Positions 41,423-54,899 are shown, counted from the stretch's first letter. The stretch: 64,000 nucleotides of DNA from Octopus vulgaris (GCA_951406725.2 OX597816.1:147684001-147748000); one strand, 5' to 3'. Notes: generated by a model not told the origin, from the letters alone. Numbers and translations: made by a program.

Positions 41423-41568
41423 AAGAAGAAAAAGAAGAAGAAGAAGAAGAAGAAGAAGAAGAAGAAGAAGAAGAAGAAGAAGAAGAAGAAGAAGAAGAAG
41501 AAGAAGAAGAAGAAGAAGAAGAAGAAGAAGAAGAAGAAGAAGAAGAAGAAGGGGGAGGAGAAGAAGAA
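41423..41568. repeat. (GAA)n microsatellite
   Basis: Direct reading. Confidence 0.95.
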
Positions 41569-41656
41569 TGTGGGAGTGCCATGACAGCAGTAGTTTGAAT
41601 GGTCAGCTAATGGAACCTCAGTGGATGGTAGCAGTCGCTGTTCAATTCATGAAAAT

Positions 41657-41905
41657 ATTTCTTTTGAATGCTTATAGAATTTGCGTAGGTGTTATTCTAA
41701 ACAGCATTAGTGATAAAGTTAGGAAGGAGAAGGAAGGAGACGAAGAGAAAGAAGAAGAAGGAGAAGAAGGAGAAGAAGAAAGAGAAGAGAGAATAAGAAG
41801 GAGTGTAGGTAGTGTGAATGTAGTAAGGAGTTAAATACTTAAAATTAGCATGTTATGGATTATATATATATACACACACATATGTATTTATACACACACA
41901 CACAG

Positions 41906-41963
<58 letters not shown>

Positions 41964-42496
41964 AATTAAAAATAAATAAAACATATGATATATAAATACA
42001 TATATGTACGTACCTAACTCTACATGTATATATACATGCATATATGGGTACAGGACACCAAAAAACAATGAGAAACGAAAACATAAACACAAAACCAAGG
42101 AAATGGACATTTTTTTAAACAACGAAAAAATAGAGTACAGGACATACAAAACAAGGAAAATGCCCCTTCTTCAGTCACCTTAATTTCATCTACTCTACGT
42201 TTCGTAGGTCAAGGCGATACATGACTTTCATGAAATTTTGCTTCCCGCGAAAATCAAATTAAATAAAATTTGAGATTTTTTTGCGGAGGGGTAAAAATGG
42301 TAACAAAAACAGGACAGTAACGACTGTACAAAATATAAACAGTGAAAGACAGGACACGGAGAATAACAGTAACACAAACAAGAAGGACTGTTAAGCCAAA
42401 CGAGATAATTTTTTTTTTTATATATATGTAGATTTCTTTTGAATGCTTATAGAATTTGCGTAGGTGTTATTCTAAACAGCATTAGTGATAAAGTTA
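41657..42496. repeat. Perfect 65-bp direct repeat (41657-41721 and 42432-42496)
   Basis: atttcttttgaatgcttatagaatttgcgtaggtgttattctaaacagcattagtgataaagtta occurs twice. Confidence 0.9.
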
Positions 42497-43708
42497 TGTA
42501 TGCTGGCATGCTCGCAGACGCAAAAGCGTGGGAACCACATGATGCCTTACGTTGCTCAACTGTATCTAAATATGTGGATATTAACAATTGTCCCTTCCCT
42601 GTTGTTTATTTCGTTTTCTTTCATAAGTATTCCTCTTCATGCTCATGCACATTCACTTGCACATAGAGATACACACACAATGTGTGCGTGCTTATGTGTG
42701 TGACTCGCTTCCACCCGTTTTCTATCACCTTCACGCACATACATACATACACACATACATACATATGTGTGTGTATACGCACATTCTTATGCTTGTAGGG
42801 ATGAATACACACACACACATACACGCGCGCGCGCGCACACACAATGTATATACATACATCTGTATGTTAGAGGGAGAGTGGGTGTCTTAGATCAGATTGT
42901 ATTTACTGTGTGATATTTTTAATAGATGCTGTTTGCTCTTGATATTTTCTTCTGTTATTTTCACATATACATATTTCTATTTCGATCGTGCATCATTTTT
43001 CTATCTTTCACTGATTTTAGTTACATCGTTGCAAATGTGGTGTCATCATTGTTCCTCTTACGAATAAATGGAACTAAGGAAGACAAAATTTTTTTTAAAC
43101 ATACAATTAAACAGGTGTTGAAATATATTTCATATTCGGCGGATTTGACACCGATTGTGTTATTAATCATCCGAATTATACGAGGAGTTTCCGAAATTGT
43201 TTCTAAAATAAGAACATTCTTGTAGATTGTTAAAGCTTCAGTAAACGTGATATAAAGCTGAGGTGTCAGTTGGAAAAATAATAACAATTATTTAGTTTGT
43301 GACGAAACCTATATTTGAGACATCACTTGGTTGAGTGGATGGAACTCTGGATTATGAGAGAAGTTATTTCCATTGCGTATCCTGCACCACCACACTGGCT
43401 CTACAGCAATCTGTATGACTTCGGGATTTTAAGTGTTTTACGCTTACAGAGATCAGTAGCAGCCTCTACTACATAATCCTATACCTCTTGTTTGGAATAT
43501 TCAGCTGATTATATATGTAATGTATCTCTGTAATGTATATTCTGCAAAACAGACAAGAAATGTCATCTGAAATACTTTTGCCCATAATCTATACATATGA
43601 CTTTGAAATGGGCGAGTCTTTCTTGTCTTTGAATTCACGGTCAAACGGCTGGATGAAATTGCACGAAAAATTACAGATGTGTAGAATGATCCGGTGGTGA
43701 TGCTAGGC

Positions 43709-43893
43709 TTTTCATAGCCCCCATGGTTACCGAGATAATCTGCTATAATAATGCTCTTGTGCTTATGAATGAGAAAGGAAGGGGTGATGTCATATTTTTT
43801 CATAGCTCCCATGGTTACAGAGATAATCTACTCTTGTGTTTATGAATGAGAAGGGAAGGGGTGATAGATGAATAAGGAAGAGGTGATGTCATA
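43709..43893. repeat. Tandem duplication, ~88-bp unit, two copies plus a fragment
   Basis: ttttcatagc.cccatggttac.gagataatct...ttatgaatgagaa.ggaaggggtgat repeated. Confidence 0.85.
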
Positions 43894-44149
43894 CTTGGTA
43901 TTGGGATGATGAAAATTATATGCTGAATAAATAAAACAGCGTTTCAACTCTGTGTGAATATATGCGTGTGTATGTAAAATGGGGTATGTGAATGTGTATT
44001 TGTGTGTGCGAGTACGCGCACAATGGAAGTGGGATGATTCATCTTTGTTCGCTTAGAATTTGGGTTTATGTTTTGATTTGGTTGAATCATGGTTGTTGTT
44101 TTTTTGATTGTTGGTGCTACCTTGTTCATGTGTAGTGTTTCTAGGATCC

Positions 44150-45790
44150 GTGTGTGGAGAATACTATCAAAAGCCTTTCGGTAATCGATCCAGGCCGTAC
44201 TTTGACCCTTCGTATTTCTGCGGCTGTTTTTAGTTATGACTTTATTGATCAGTAGCCGATCTTTACAGCCGTATGAGCACTTGCAACATCACTTTTACTC
44301 TTCTAAAAAGAGGTTGTTTTCTTCTATATGTTTTCCAATTCTCTGCGATATTATTGCAGCAAAGGTTTTGTAAATTGTAGAGAGACAAGTTAACGGTGTA
44401 TAATTGTGTTGTTTGTCGTTTCAGTGAATTTGAGAATTAAGATAGTTTTCCCTTCCGTGAGCCATTCAGGTATTGTCTCTGGCACTGCTAGTATTTCATT
44501 AAATTTCTCAGCCAGCTTTTTATGTATTCTTGTTACATGTTTTAACCAGAAGTTGGGGATCTTGCTGTACCCGTGTGCCTTCCAGTTGCTTATATTTTGC
44601 AATGCTTGTGTGACCACTTCAGTTGTTATAGGGGTTTTTCTGCTGTTGGTACTGAATTGATCTTTATTGAATTTTTGCCAAGTTCTTGGTAGAATCTTTT
44701 GCGGTTGGAGTTGAACTGTTTGTTTTGTTCAAAGAAACGTTTGCGTTTCTCATAGCGGCGGGATCCTTTGAGCTTTGTCAAGGATATCTTGCTTAAGTTG
44801 TTATTTTACCTCAGGTATACCTTGTTCTGTAATTTTGTATTTAGTATTTTTTCTTCTCGTTTTGTTGCTTAGTAGTGTTGATTGTCTACTAGTGTCATTA
44901 AGGATTGACATGTTTTCTCTCATTTGCTGTTTTTTTCTGGATATCATTTATCCCCAAGGTTTGTTTGGATGGTGATACTACTGTTTGGGTGTGTTTTAAG
45001 GGATATCCAACATGTTTTTGCGCCTACAGAGGCTGTTGCACATATTATATCATTTACCCTGGTCATATTGGCATTTGTTTCTGTGGCTATTAGTTCTGAG
45101 ACGGCCAGGTTCATGCTATTAATTATTGATGTTGTTTTATTATCAATTTTAATTTTCGGGAGCTACATTCCGCGGTCCATAATTAGATCAGTGGATTTCA
45201 ATTCTTTGATTAAGCTCATTTTTAGAGTATTGTAATCGTGAGATTCACCTTCCCTGTTTCCATGTTTTAGATTTGTTTCGAATTCCCTTCAGTTCCTATT
45301 GTCTGTGGTGTTCTGGTTTGGTGCATTTTGTTCATCATTATACATTCCTACGATCTGGGTTGTTGTATTTCGTTGATTATTTCGTTTTTGTTGGATATGT
45401 TACGTCTGTCTTCGTATTTTACACTCCCATGATTATTTGTCTTTGCTGTCTGGTTACTATCTACGTTTTCCTTATGCATTTTCCCTTTTGAGTGTTCTAT
45501 TTCTATTTCTGATATTTGCTTTTCGTTTTGAGAATATATCTCTGTATGTTAGTTTATTAGGGTTCATTATGCTATCCAAATCTTTATCTACATTATTTTT
45601 CTTCGAGTTTTTATATGTATATGTTGTTGTATTTTCGTTCTGTGGATAGACTACAGCTGTAATATATGCGTCAAGGAGTGAAATATATTCCTCACGTGTC
45701 CATTTACGCCTCTTATATTTTATTTGGAAGGACATGAGTAATAACGTCCGGCCCTTTATTGTGATGGTCATCATTTTCGTAGGGTACCTG
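44150..45790 (-). mobile_element. R4/Dong-clade (RLE) non-LTR retrotransposon, 5' portion into the RT domain, decayed
   Basis: KRRKWTREEY; RYEKRKRFFEQNKQF; NWKAHGYSKIPNFWLK...PEWLTEGKTILILK; TCLSTIYK; SYGCKDRLLINK; AWIDYRKAFDS. Confidence 0.88.
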
Positions 45791-46039
45791 TGCGTGCATT
45801 TCGGTGTTAAATGGTTTTACATGTATAGTTTTTCGTACTTTTTGCGTAACAAATTTAAAAGAGATGATGGATGATATAATTGACTGGATGTCAGTAGTGT
45901 TTGTAGTGTAGCCCCGATGAGACCCTAGAGTCTGCGGTTGGACGTAGAATTAACATCTCTCATCAAGAAATGTTTATTAAAGTGGTTTGATATTAATCTT
46001 AACTGTTTGAGGCTCTTCTATGCTATGTTAGATCGACAA

Positions 46040-46180
46040 TTACATCTGAGTACATGTCTTGTACTTTATTTTATTAATATCGAAAAAATTGAAAGTGGGG
46101 CTGATCAAAGTGAGAATTGAACTCAGAATGTAAAGAGTCGGAATAAATTTAGAAAGGCATTATTCTTGATGCTCGAATGA
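46040..46180 (-). mobile_element. SINE family A relic
   Basis: Plus strand gaattgaactcagaatgtaaagagtcggaataaat resembles the family A head in reverse. Confidence 0.45.
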
Positions 46181-46746
46181 TTCTTGGATGGCATATGTAA
46201 AATGGAGTGAATGCCTTTGTAAAACATCATAAGAGCTCTAGATGTATAAACTGATATATAAATTGATAAAATATCTTAGTTTATCCAATTTCACCAGACA
46301 CACGAAAGGGCTTTGTTGAGTTGTAGCTAATGAAGGGATAGATTCTCAATAATGACAGCTGCACAGATTTGGAAGAAAATATTTCAGAAATCTTTTATTA
46401 TATTGTCCCTGTATCTCGGGGCATTCATCGAAGTAAGTTGAAACAGATTTGGGTATTCTCAGATTATTTTCATATCGATCCTTTTTGCTTTTCTTTAGGC
46501 TGATATTCTATCTCTTTGGTGTAGATTCAAAGTGGTTGAAAGATATACGAAATATATTGGCTTCGTTTCTGAATTATATATCTAATCTTTAGAAAACCTT
46601 CAATTGTGTGACATCCTCCCCAAGAAACATATAAGTTAGAAAAGCATTACAGAAACACAAAAATATCAGTGCGCGTGGTAATAATAAAGAGCCTTGTGTA
46701 GATGCATTAGGCAAGGTGTTGTTTGTGTGTGTGTATATATATATAT

Positions 46747-46747
<1 letters not shown>

Positions 46748-46829
<82 letters not shown>

Positions 46830-46873
46830 CATACATACATAGATAGATACATAGATACATAGATAAATAGATA

Positions 46874-46951
<78 letters not shown>
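46748..46951. repeat. (TAGA)n microsatellite
   Basis: Direct reading. Confidence 0.95.
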
Positions 46952-46953
<2 letters not shown>

Positions 46954-47340
46954 AGGGAGAGAGAGAGAGAGAGAAAGAAGAACCAGAACGTTATCTATCG
47001 AGTCTTTCTCTAATATCTTCATATTTATATGTAGTTCTCTCACTTCCATCTCTCATTCTCACGTGCAAAAGCATTCTCTCTTCAACTCATTAAGTATATG
47101 TGTGTATATGTATGTAAGTATGTGCGTATTCACTTGGTTGTGTCTGCGTGTAAGTGCATGTGCGTGCATACATATACCTTGTATTTAGCCGAAAAGCTGC
47201 GAAGCTGTGTAAGTGAAATAAGGACCAGGAGTTTGGTGTGGAGTACTTGTCTGAATATTTAACCTCTTCGTCCAATCAACAGATCACGTATGTGTGTATA
47301 TATGAATGTATGTATGCATGTATGTATGTAGGTATGTTTC

Positions 47341-47411
<71 letters not shown>

Positions 47412-47444
47412 TATATATATTATGTATATATATATATATATATG

Positions 47445-47508
<64 letters not shown>

Positions 47509-47614
47509 AATACGCGTGTGTGTCCATGCGTGTGTATTTCAGCTCCTGTGAATAAGATTCAAGGGTAATATTAGATATGAATAGATGGATATCTTTGTGT
47601 ATATATGTGTGTGT

Positions 47615-47654
<40 letters not shown>

Positions 47655-47912
47655 ATCGAAAAATATAGAGAGGGAGAGCGAGAAGGATAGAGCGGTTGCA
47701 ATATGAATTATAGATAATCCATTGTGATTAATAAACTTTCTTGATGTGAAGCCATTTCCTTAAAATCTTGCGTTATTAATACAACCCTCTTTTGAAGACA
47801 TGAGGGATGTACAGTGATGCAAAGACATATTTATTCGAAAGAAGAACCATTACCTATACAATGTATGATCTATAAATGGTAATGCTTTCGAGAAAACACA
47901 CGCTCACATATG

Positions 47913-47955
<43 letters not shown>

Positions 47956-48059
47956 ATATATATATATATATGTATATGTATGTATGTATGTATATATGAA
48001 TATATAAATATATGTATGTATATATATGAATATACAAATATATGTATGTATATATATGA

Positions 48060-48104
<45 letters not shown>

Positions 48105-48427
48105 TACATATATACATATATACATATATGAATGTATGCTTATATATATACAGATATATAGATGAGTATGTGCATATATATATATATATATATGTGTGTT
48201 TGTGTTTTATCAGGGTAATAACATTATACCGTGCTTTCCAAAGATGCCCTTCTCGTATCGTCTACTAGATGCTATTATAGAATAGGACAGCTCCGTTTAC
48301 TAGAATTGGAAATCGGCGAGTATCCGTAGAGTATATGCGAAAGAACTTCAGTTGTAGTGATTTGTAATAAGGCCTGTTCATTCGATCTTATCGTATTAAA
48401 ATTCTTATCAATATGTATATAAATATG

Positions 48428-48520
48428 GGCGCAGGCGCAGTTGTGTGGTAAGAACTTTTCTTTCTCAATCACATGGTTCCGGGTACAGTTCGACATCGTG
48501 CCACCTTGGACAAGTGCTTG
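48428..48520 (+). mobile_element. SINE family B 5' fragment
   Basis: ggcgcaggcgcagttgtgtggtaagaac...cacatggttccgggtacagt...ccaccttggacaagtg. Confidence 0.75.
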
Positions 48521-48589
48521 ATACCAATGATCAACTTATAATTGTTAATTGTTGCTCCATTTATTATTCTAGTCTGTATATATGTGTGT

Positions 48590-48917
48590 CTATATAATCA
48601 TAAGCGGAAAGTGTAACCTCTCGAAAGAGCTGTTCTTCACTCCTGCGGCAGAACGTCAGCTGCGGGGTCACTCCGAAAAGCTCTATCTGCGACAATTTCA
48701 TCTCAATCGAAGGAGAGGGGCTTTCTCCGTCCGGGTTGCGGATCCGTGGAATAAGCTGCCGGACGAGATAGTGAAGATGCCGACGACGGCTCGGTTCAAA
48801 GTTTCCCTTGACCACAAATAGCCTGAACTCTTTGCATGAACACCACCCTGTACATAACTCCATGTCCCCCGACATGGCCTTGCTTTTTGCTTTTTGAGCC
48901 AAAAATTAAATTAACTT
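48590..48917 (+). mobile_element. CR1-group LINE 3' end (ORF2 C-terminus, 3' UTR and tail)
   Basis: LRGHSEKL...RRGAFSVRVADPWNKLPDEIV...FKVSLD is the typical CR1 ORF2 terminus; short aaatt repeats at the end. Confidence 0.85.
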
Positions 48918-48949
48918 ATATATATATATATATGTATCTGTGTGTGAGC

Positions 48950-49003
<54 letters not shown>

Positions 49004-49164
49004 CGTATATATATATATATATGCGTGTGTGTGTGTATAAATTAGACGTTGATCATTCGTATTAAAATGTCATAGTTTAATTGTAGTTCAAGAACATTTA
49101 CAGCTGTTTCAATTTGTTGTTTCCGAGTAAATTTGCATTTATCTCGTTCCATTTAACAAACATG

Positions 49165-49238
<74 letters not shown>

Positions 49239-49260
49239 TGTGTGTGTGTGTGTGTATGTA

Positions 49261-49556
49261 GACGCAGGCGTAGCTATGTTGTAAGAAGCTTTCTTCCCAA
49301 CCACATGGTTCCTTGTTTACTCCCAATGCGTGGCACCTTGGGCAAGTGTCCTCCAGTATGCCTCGGGCCGACCAAAGCCTTGTGCGTCTATTGGTAGACA
49401 GGAACCGAAAGAATCCCGTCATATACATATATATATGTATATGTTTGTGTGTCTGTGTGTTTCCCCCAACCATCGCTTGACAACCGAGAGTTCTTCAAAA
49501 GATACCAATAGAATAAGTACTAGACTTAGAAAGAGTAAGCCCTGTGTCGACTTACT
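49261..49556 (+). mobile_element. tRNA-derived SINE, family B
   Basis: gacgcaggcgtagctatgttgtaagaagc...gcgtggcaccttgggcaagtgtc...ggccgaccaaagccttgtg...gaataagtactag. Confidence 0.85.
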
Positions 49557-49602
49557 CGAAGTCCTCAGGTTGAACTCGAGATGCTAGATAGTAAATAATA
49601 TA

Positions 49603-50763
49603 ACTTAAAGAAGGAACAAAAATTAGATAATCATCTTTTATTCATGACATACATTAATACAACGAATACATTAAGACATTCAGAACATATTAAAAGTATT
49701 TAAGAATATAATAGAAATAAGATATATATACGAAATAAGAAGGAAAAACTTGAAAATATAAGCAAGAAAAATTCGATATGTGTAGTGATATAGAGAATAT
49801 AAGAAAACATTATTAAAAATTAAGAATCAAAAATTAAAATTCAAAAGGTAGAAATTGCATTAACGGCAGCGAGAAACCTTAATGAGGAATCTAAATGTCA
49901 GAGAAATATATTTGTATTGAGAGTTCTAAAAAAATACATAACGGTTTATAATAACAGGTAAGAGGTGTTTCTACGCCCTTTTCGAGAATCAATTTGTCCT
50001 GCTAAGGTGTGAATTATATAATTCACGTACAGACGATGTCTCCTTCATCGGGAAAATAGAGAGCAATGTTCGAAAGAAGATATAGAGTAAGGACATTTCA
50101 TTTAGGGTTATATTATGCTGGTCACCAGTTAAGGGTTAGAAATGGACTATTTTGATATCGACATGGTTAGGCATGATGGGAGAGCAGAAATTTCAAGAAA
50201 TTATGAATATATCATTATTATATATATTATGAAGTATCCTGGGTAATAATGAATGATAAAAGAGAGATTAGAGTGCAAAGGTCGCTATTTATCATACCGT
50301 GCTTTATGGAGTTTCATGAATGTTGAATGACATTTGTGAGTGCATGAATTAATCGTATCGGAAAATTTATTTAATTTACCAGAATAAGAATAATGTAAGA
50401 GTCCTTAATGCGCAAATTACATTCGTCCATATTCTCGTTATGTGGTGTGGCATGATAAACCACGATATATTGAAATTAATATTACTATCTCATTAAGGAT
50501 TCTCACTGCCGTCAATGTTATTTGTAACTTGTAAATTTTAATTTTTAATTCTAAATGTTTAATTTTTAATTTTATGTAAATTTTCTTACATTCTCTATAT
50601 CACTCTACATCTCGAATTTTTTCTTGCTTATATTTTCATGTATATCCTTATTACATATATTCTTAAATAACACTTTTAATATGCTCTGAATGTCTTAATG
50701 TATTTGTTGTATTAATGTATGTCATAAATACAACGTAATTATCAAATATTTGTCCTTTCTTTA

Positions 50764-50764
<1 letters not shown>
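49603..50764. mobile_element. Degenerate fold-back PLE remnant (~280-bp arms 49603-49887 / 50489-50764) with an HHR in the spacer
   Basis: atgacatacattaatacaac.aatacattaagacattcaga pairs with tctgaatgtcttaatgtatt.gttgtattaatgtatgtcat; further matching blocks; abuts (TA)n. Confidence 0.8.
49968..50055 (-). ncRNA. Degenerate hammerhead ribozyme with long stem II carrying a perfect palindrome
   Basis: Minus strand: tttc-CCGATGA-ag-gaga...tctc-GAAA-agggcGTA-gaaa; gtgaattatataattcac (50009-50026) inside stem II. Confidence 0.5.
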
Positions 50765-50805
<41 letters not shown>

Positions 50806-51049
50806 TTTCTTTCATTCTTATTTATATATATATATATCAATTGAATATATTTAAAACCTGGTCTGGTTTTCACGTTTTTTATTGTGGTATTTTAAAAATA
50901 TGAATTTTTGTACAATTTTGATGTGTGGTAAACATTAAAAAATATTTTGTAACGTATATAAAGTTCAATTGGTTCTTTCAACTGCCGGTTGAGTTCTTGA
51001 CAACTGTAGTAAAATGACTAACCTCTTCCTCTTTGTATCTCTTTGTATC

Positions 51050-51345
51050 TCTCACAAGGCTCCAGCAAGCCGAATTATTAAGGATATCAATGAACTGATC
51101 TAGATGTGTATTTCATCCTTTTGGCAAGTTAAATTTTGATTTAGTTTTCGTCAAGGATTCATCATTCTCATTATTTTCATCGGTAGACAACTTGACATAT
51201 CATAGGTTCCGCAACAAGTATTGGATATCTTCCTCCAATTCCTGATTGTTGGCTGTAGGTGTAGGTGTGAATTTTAGTCCTTTCATGAATAACCAAAGTT
51301 CGTCTCTGTCTATATTTCTTTTTTGGACAGATTAATAATTTTAGG
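51050..51345 (-). pseudogene. Penelope-like ORF N-terminal fragment (frameshifted)
   Basis: IINLSKK/..ELWLFMKGLKFTPTP...ELEEDI matches the NLS...LxKGLxFxPTP motif upstream of PLE RTs. Confidence 0.75.
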
Positions 51346-52562
51346 TTCTATCCTATCAGTTGTTTCACAATGGTTTCTTCTTGGACATTTTCTTTCTCTG
51401 ATGTTTACTACTAAAGATTCCAACATATTGAAATAAAAACGATCGAAACCAACTGCGTTTGCTCAATCATGAAACCATCGTGAAACGATCAAGTCGTGAA
51501 ATAAAAAAAAAAATTTAAATCAGAATAAGAAAAATAATCTTATCATAAAGTATTTCTTTCAATGTTGCGTCTGACCATCCTCGCAGAAACTAAATGAATC
51601 ATAAAAAATAGAAAAAACCACGAAACGGTAAGTAAATTGTTTAACTAGTGGAATTAAAATTCTAGAGAATATTAAAATGGATTCAAGATAAGGATATAGA
51701 GAGTTGACGTGATTTGTTATGGGCAATAGTATTTTTGTGCAGTACAGATAATTTGGTGCAAAACTGTGGTCTAAACTATTACAATTACACACACAGCTCA
51801 TTTTCCCGGCCAGATATATCATTTTAAGACCAACGTACATACACATATACCTCGTATGAAATTTCATAGGCACAGTCATGAACATACATTCACACACTGT
51901 CTCACACGCGCACACACACACACACACACACACAGAAAATATTTATACTAAACTAGCAATTTTCTTGAATAGAATTTCATCATTTTCTTTAAGTAACCAG
52001 ATTCATTTATATAATTATTTGCATATACATACACACAGACATATTCACATACATGCATACATCGACTCGTATTCTATCAAGCTAACATTTTAGTGATCCT
52101 AAGAACTAAGATATACATTACTATAGTTAAGGTTACATATTATGTCAACAGAGACAAACAAAAAGTGAGAATTCATCATAGAATCATATAAAGTCGAGTA
52201 ATGGCAACATAAACCAAGAAAATAAGGTGTCTACAGTTTTAGAACTAACTAGCAGCGTTACATGCGCACTGAATATCACGCAAATAGTTTATTAGTGTTA
52301 CATAGGTAGGACTAACGCTAGATTTGTGGACATCGTATGACTAATTAATGAGAAAAGACTTACTGCTAATTTGTTCATAGATTAAAGATATACACTAATT
52401 ATAATTGTCATTACTATCTCTATGTACTAATTCCGAACAACCCAAACCCAGTCCATACAGGACCTACATGAACTAAGCAAGGTAGAAAGGCAGAAATTTA
52501 GAAAATAGTAATTATACTAATTAGACGGAACAAACATACAGTGACTGACCAGGAATAGCAAT

Positions 52563-52657
52563 ACTGGTTTCAAATTTTGGAAACAGGGGTCGAGTCGATA
52601 ACTTCGACTCTAATGTTTAATTGGCACTTTTTTTTTATCGACTTCGAAAGGATGAAA
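52563..52657 (-). mobile_element. SINE family A 3' fragment, inverted relative to its neighbour
   Basis: ggtttcaaatttt...ttttatcgacttcgaaaggatgaaa is the reverse complement of the family A body and tail. Confidence 0.6.
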
Positions 52658-52700
52658 TAACAGTCGCTTGGTTCAGCAATAGTAACATTGATAGTGTATT

Positions 52701-52915
52701 TAAGGCGGCGAGCTGGCAGAATCGTTAGCATACTGAGCGTGCTAATGATTTAATTTGTCTGTCTTAACGTTCTGTCTTCAAATTCCACTGGGCTCGACTT
52801 ATCTTTCATCGTTTTTGGAAAAGAAAAACTAAGTACCACTTAAACACTGGAGTCAATGTAATCAAGTTACCCGCTCCTCTGAAATTACTGGCCTTGGGTC
52901 AGAATTTGAAACCCA
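52701..52915 (+). mobile_element. tRNA-derived SINE, family A
   Basis: taaggcggcgagctggcagaatcgttagca...ttcaaattcc...tcgactt..ctttcatc...taagtacca...ctggcctt...aatttgaaacc. Confidence 0.8.
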
Positions 52916-54039
52916 TATTGGTGGTACGTTTAGATTAAAACTAATAAGTTGATTTTTAGTTTTGTGTAAGAAAGTACAGTACATGCAATGAAATCGTATT
53001 ATTACAACATTTCTTTCGTTTATGAGATGTGATGTACACCTAATAAATACATAAGTTACAGATATATATTCTCATTAGCTCTATACGGTTATAGTTGGCA
53101 TATAAAAGAGAACGAAAATTTATACAATGTTTTTATCAGCAAGCATCCACAGAAAGTTGGTTGAAGAAGTAAAATTAGTTATATTTCTATCCCTAAACTT
53201 GTAATTGTGATTGGCGTATATGCATTTAAAATTATTTCAGTTATACCCAGTGTATATATGTACATTGCCAAGTGTGAGTACTGTTTATATTTAATATTCT
53301 AAGGCAATATTTATGCAGACACAATGATCTATTTCTACAATTGCAGAGTTCATTTACTCCATTGGATACGTCAAGGTTGTTGTTTACTGTCGCCCTAAGA
53401 TATATATTATTAGCATGAATAATAGATCAGTAAATTTATACCTATTTAGATTGTTCTAGTGGGTATATAATCAGAGGTTAGAATTCTTGAAATTTTTATT
53501 GTTGAATCTGTGTATTATGAATTATTAATTGATATGGATTTGACCAGCTTTACAAAGTATCTCTTAAATATTTTCGAATACGAGCTGGGTATATGGAAAT
53601 GCTTGTCAAAATCTTTAAAATGTTTTGCACCTATGCTGGTTGTTAAGTTTAATCCGAATTGAGAATCAAACCAGTCCACAATTCACAAACGTAATAGCAT
53701 GTAATTTTTGTTTTTGCTGGTACTTGTTCGAGTGGGTCTATAGGTAAGATGAGCGTTTAAGTTTATCAGTTCGATATTTCACAACAAACGCATTTTTATA
53801 CCTTGGCCTATAAGATTCTATATTATAACTGTGATCTGGGAGTTTGAACACAAGTAATTGCTTTCATATTGTCCTCTGTACTTGAGCTATTATTCCTACA
53901 TGTAGTTAGGTTATTATTGTTAACAGTTTCTCCATGTAATTTACACAGAATTTTTATCATCAATATCACCATTATTATATTTTTATTGTTATAATTGTAT
54001 AAAAACTCACAGCTTATTTTGCTGGGTATTATGAAACGT

Positions 54040-54580
54040 TACAGCTGTCCGCAGCCAGCAGACTAAGGTGACACTTGTTTAGTGGTCATGCTTCAAGAAA
54101 CCCGCGGAGAATTCTTACAATTCGAAGCAATGCTGATTTTTGTAGGTTCTACATTCACACTTGCACCAATGTTCTTCAGCCATGCTGGTATTTGAGTGCT
54201 GATACTTCCATGTGCACAAATTACTATTGTTATCACGTCTACTCTCTTCATTGACAACAACCTTCGTATTCTTCACTTCAAATCGTCATAGTTGTTTATT
54301 TTTCTTCTTTTACACTGATCCTGCTGTCACTGGGGCATGCAATGTCGATTATGATACATGTTATTTCCTTTTTATTCATCACAACAATGTCCGGCTTCCG
54401 ATGTCTGGTCAGGTGATCGCACTGGATCATTGCATCCCACAGGATATTGTAATTCTCATTTTTGGTGACTCTTTCTTGAATTTTCTTATACCATGTCTTT
54501 GCTCTTTGTAGAGCGTGATTTCCACAGAGCTTCCAATGGATCGTTCTTGCCACATTGTCATGGCGCAAATTCATTTTTGT
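54040..54580 (-). mobile_element. R4/Dong-clade LINE 3' end with restriction-like endonuclease domain
   Basis: RHDNVARTIHWKLC...ILWD...RKPDIVV...IIDIACP (RH-D and PD..D RLE motifs); abuts a (TAG/CAG)n array. Confidence 0.9.
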
Positions 54581-54585
54581 TGCAA

Positions 54586-54641
54586 GTAGTAGTAGTAATA
54601 GTAGTAGTAGTAATAGTTGTAGTAGTAATAGTTGTAGTAGT

Positions 54642-54728
<87 letters not shown>
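54586..54728. repeat. (TAG)n/(CAG)n compound microsatellite
   Basis: Direct reading. Confidence 0.95.
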
Positions 54729-54729
<1 letters not shown>

Positions 54730-54899
54730 TATTACAGCTGTTATAATATAGTATACCTTTGTATTTATTCCTATCTATGTTATTGTGGTTAGTATAGATG
54801 TTATAAATAATATATATATAGTCAATTAAACAAACAATAACAGACAACAATAAGATGTACACAACAATATTATTTGATGCTCAGTGAGAAAAGAGAGTT

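Noticed and set aside
42165-42235. GAAAC..GUA followed by CUGAAGA on the minus strand (possible type II HHR)
   Set aside because: No stem I pairing could be built and stem II is weak
45914-45947. ccgatgagacc...ggttggacgta, HHR-like
   Set aside because: Lacks GAAA and stem I
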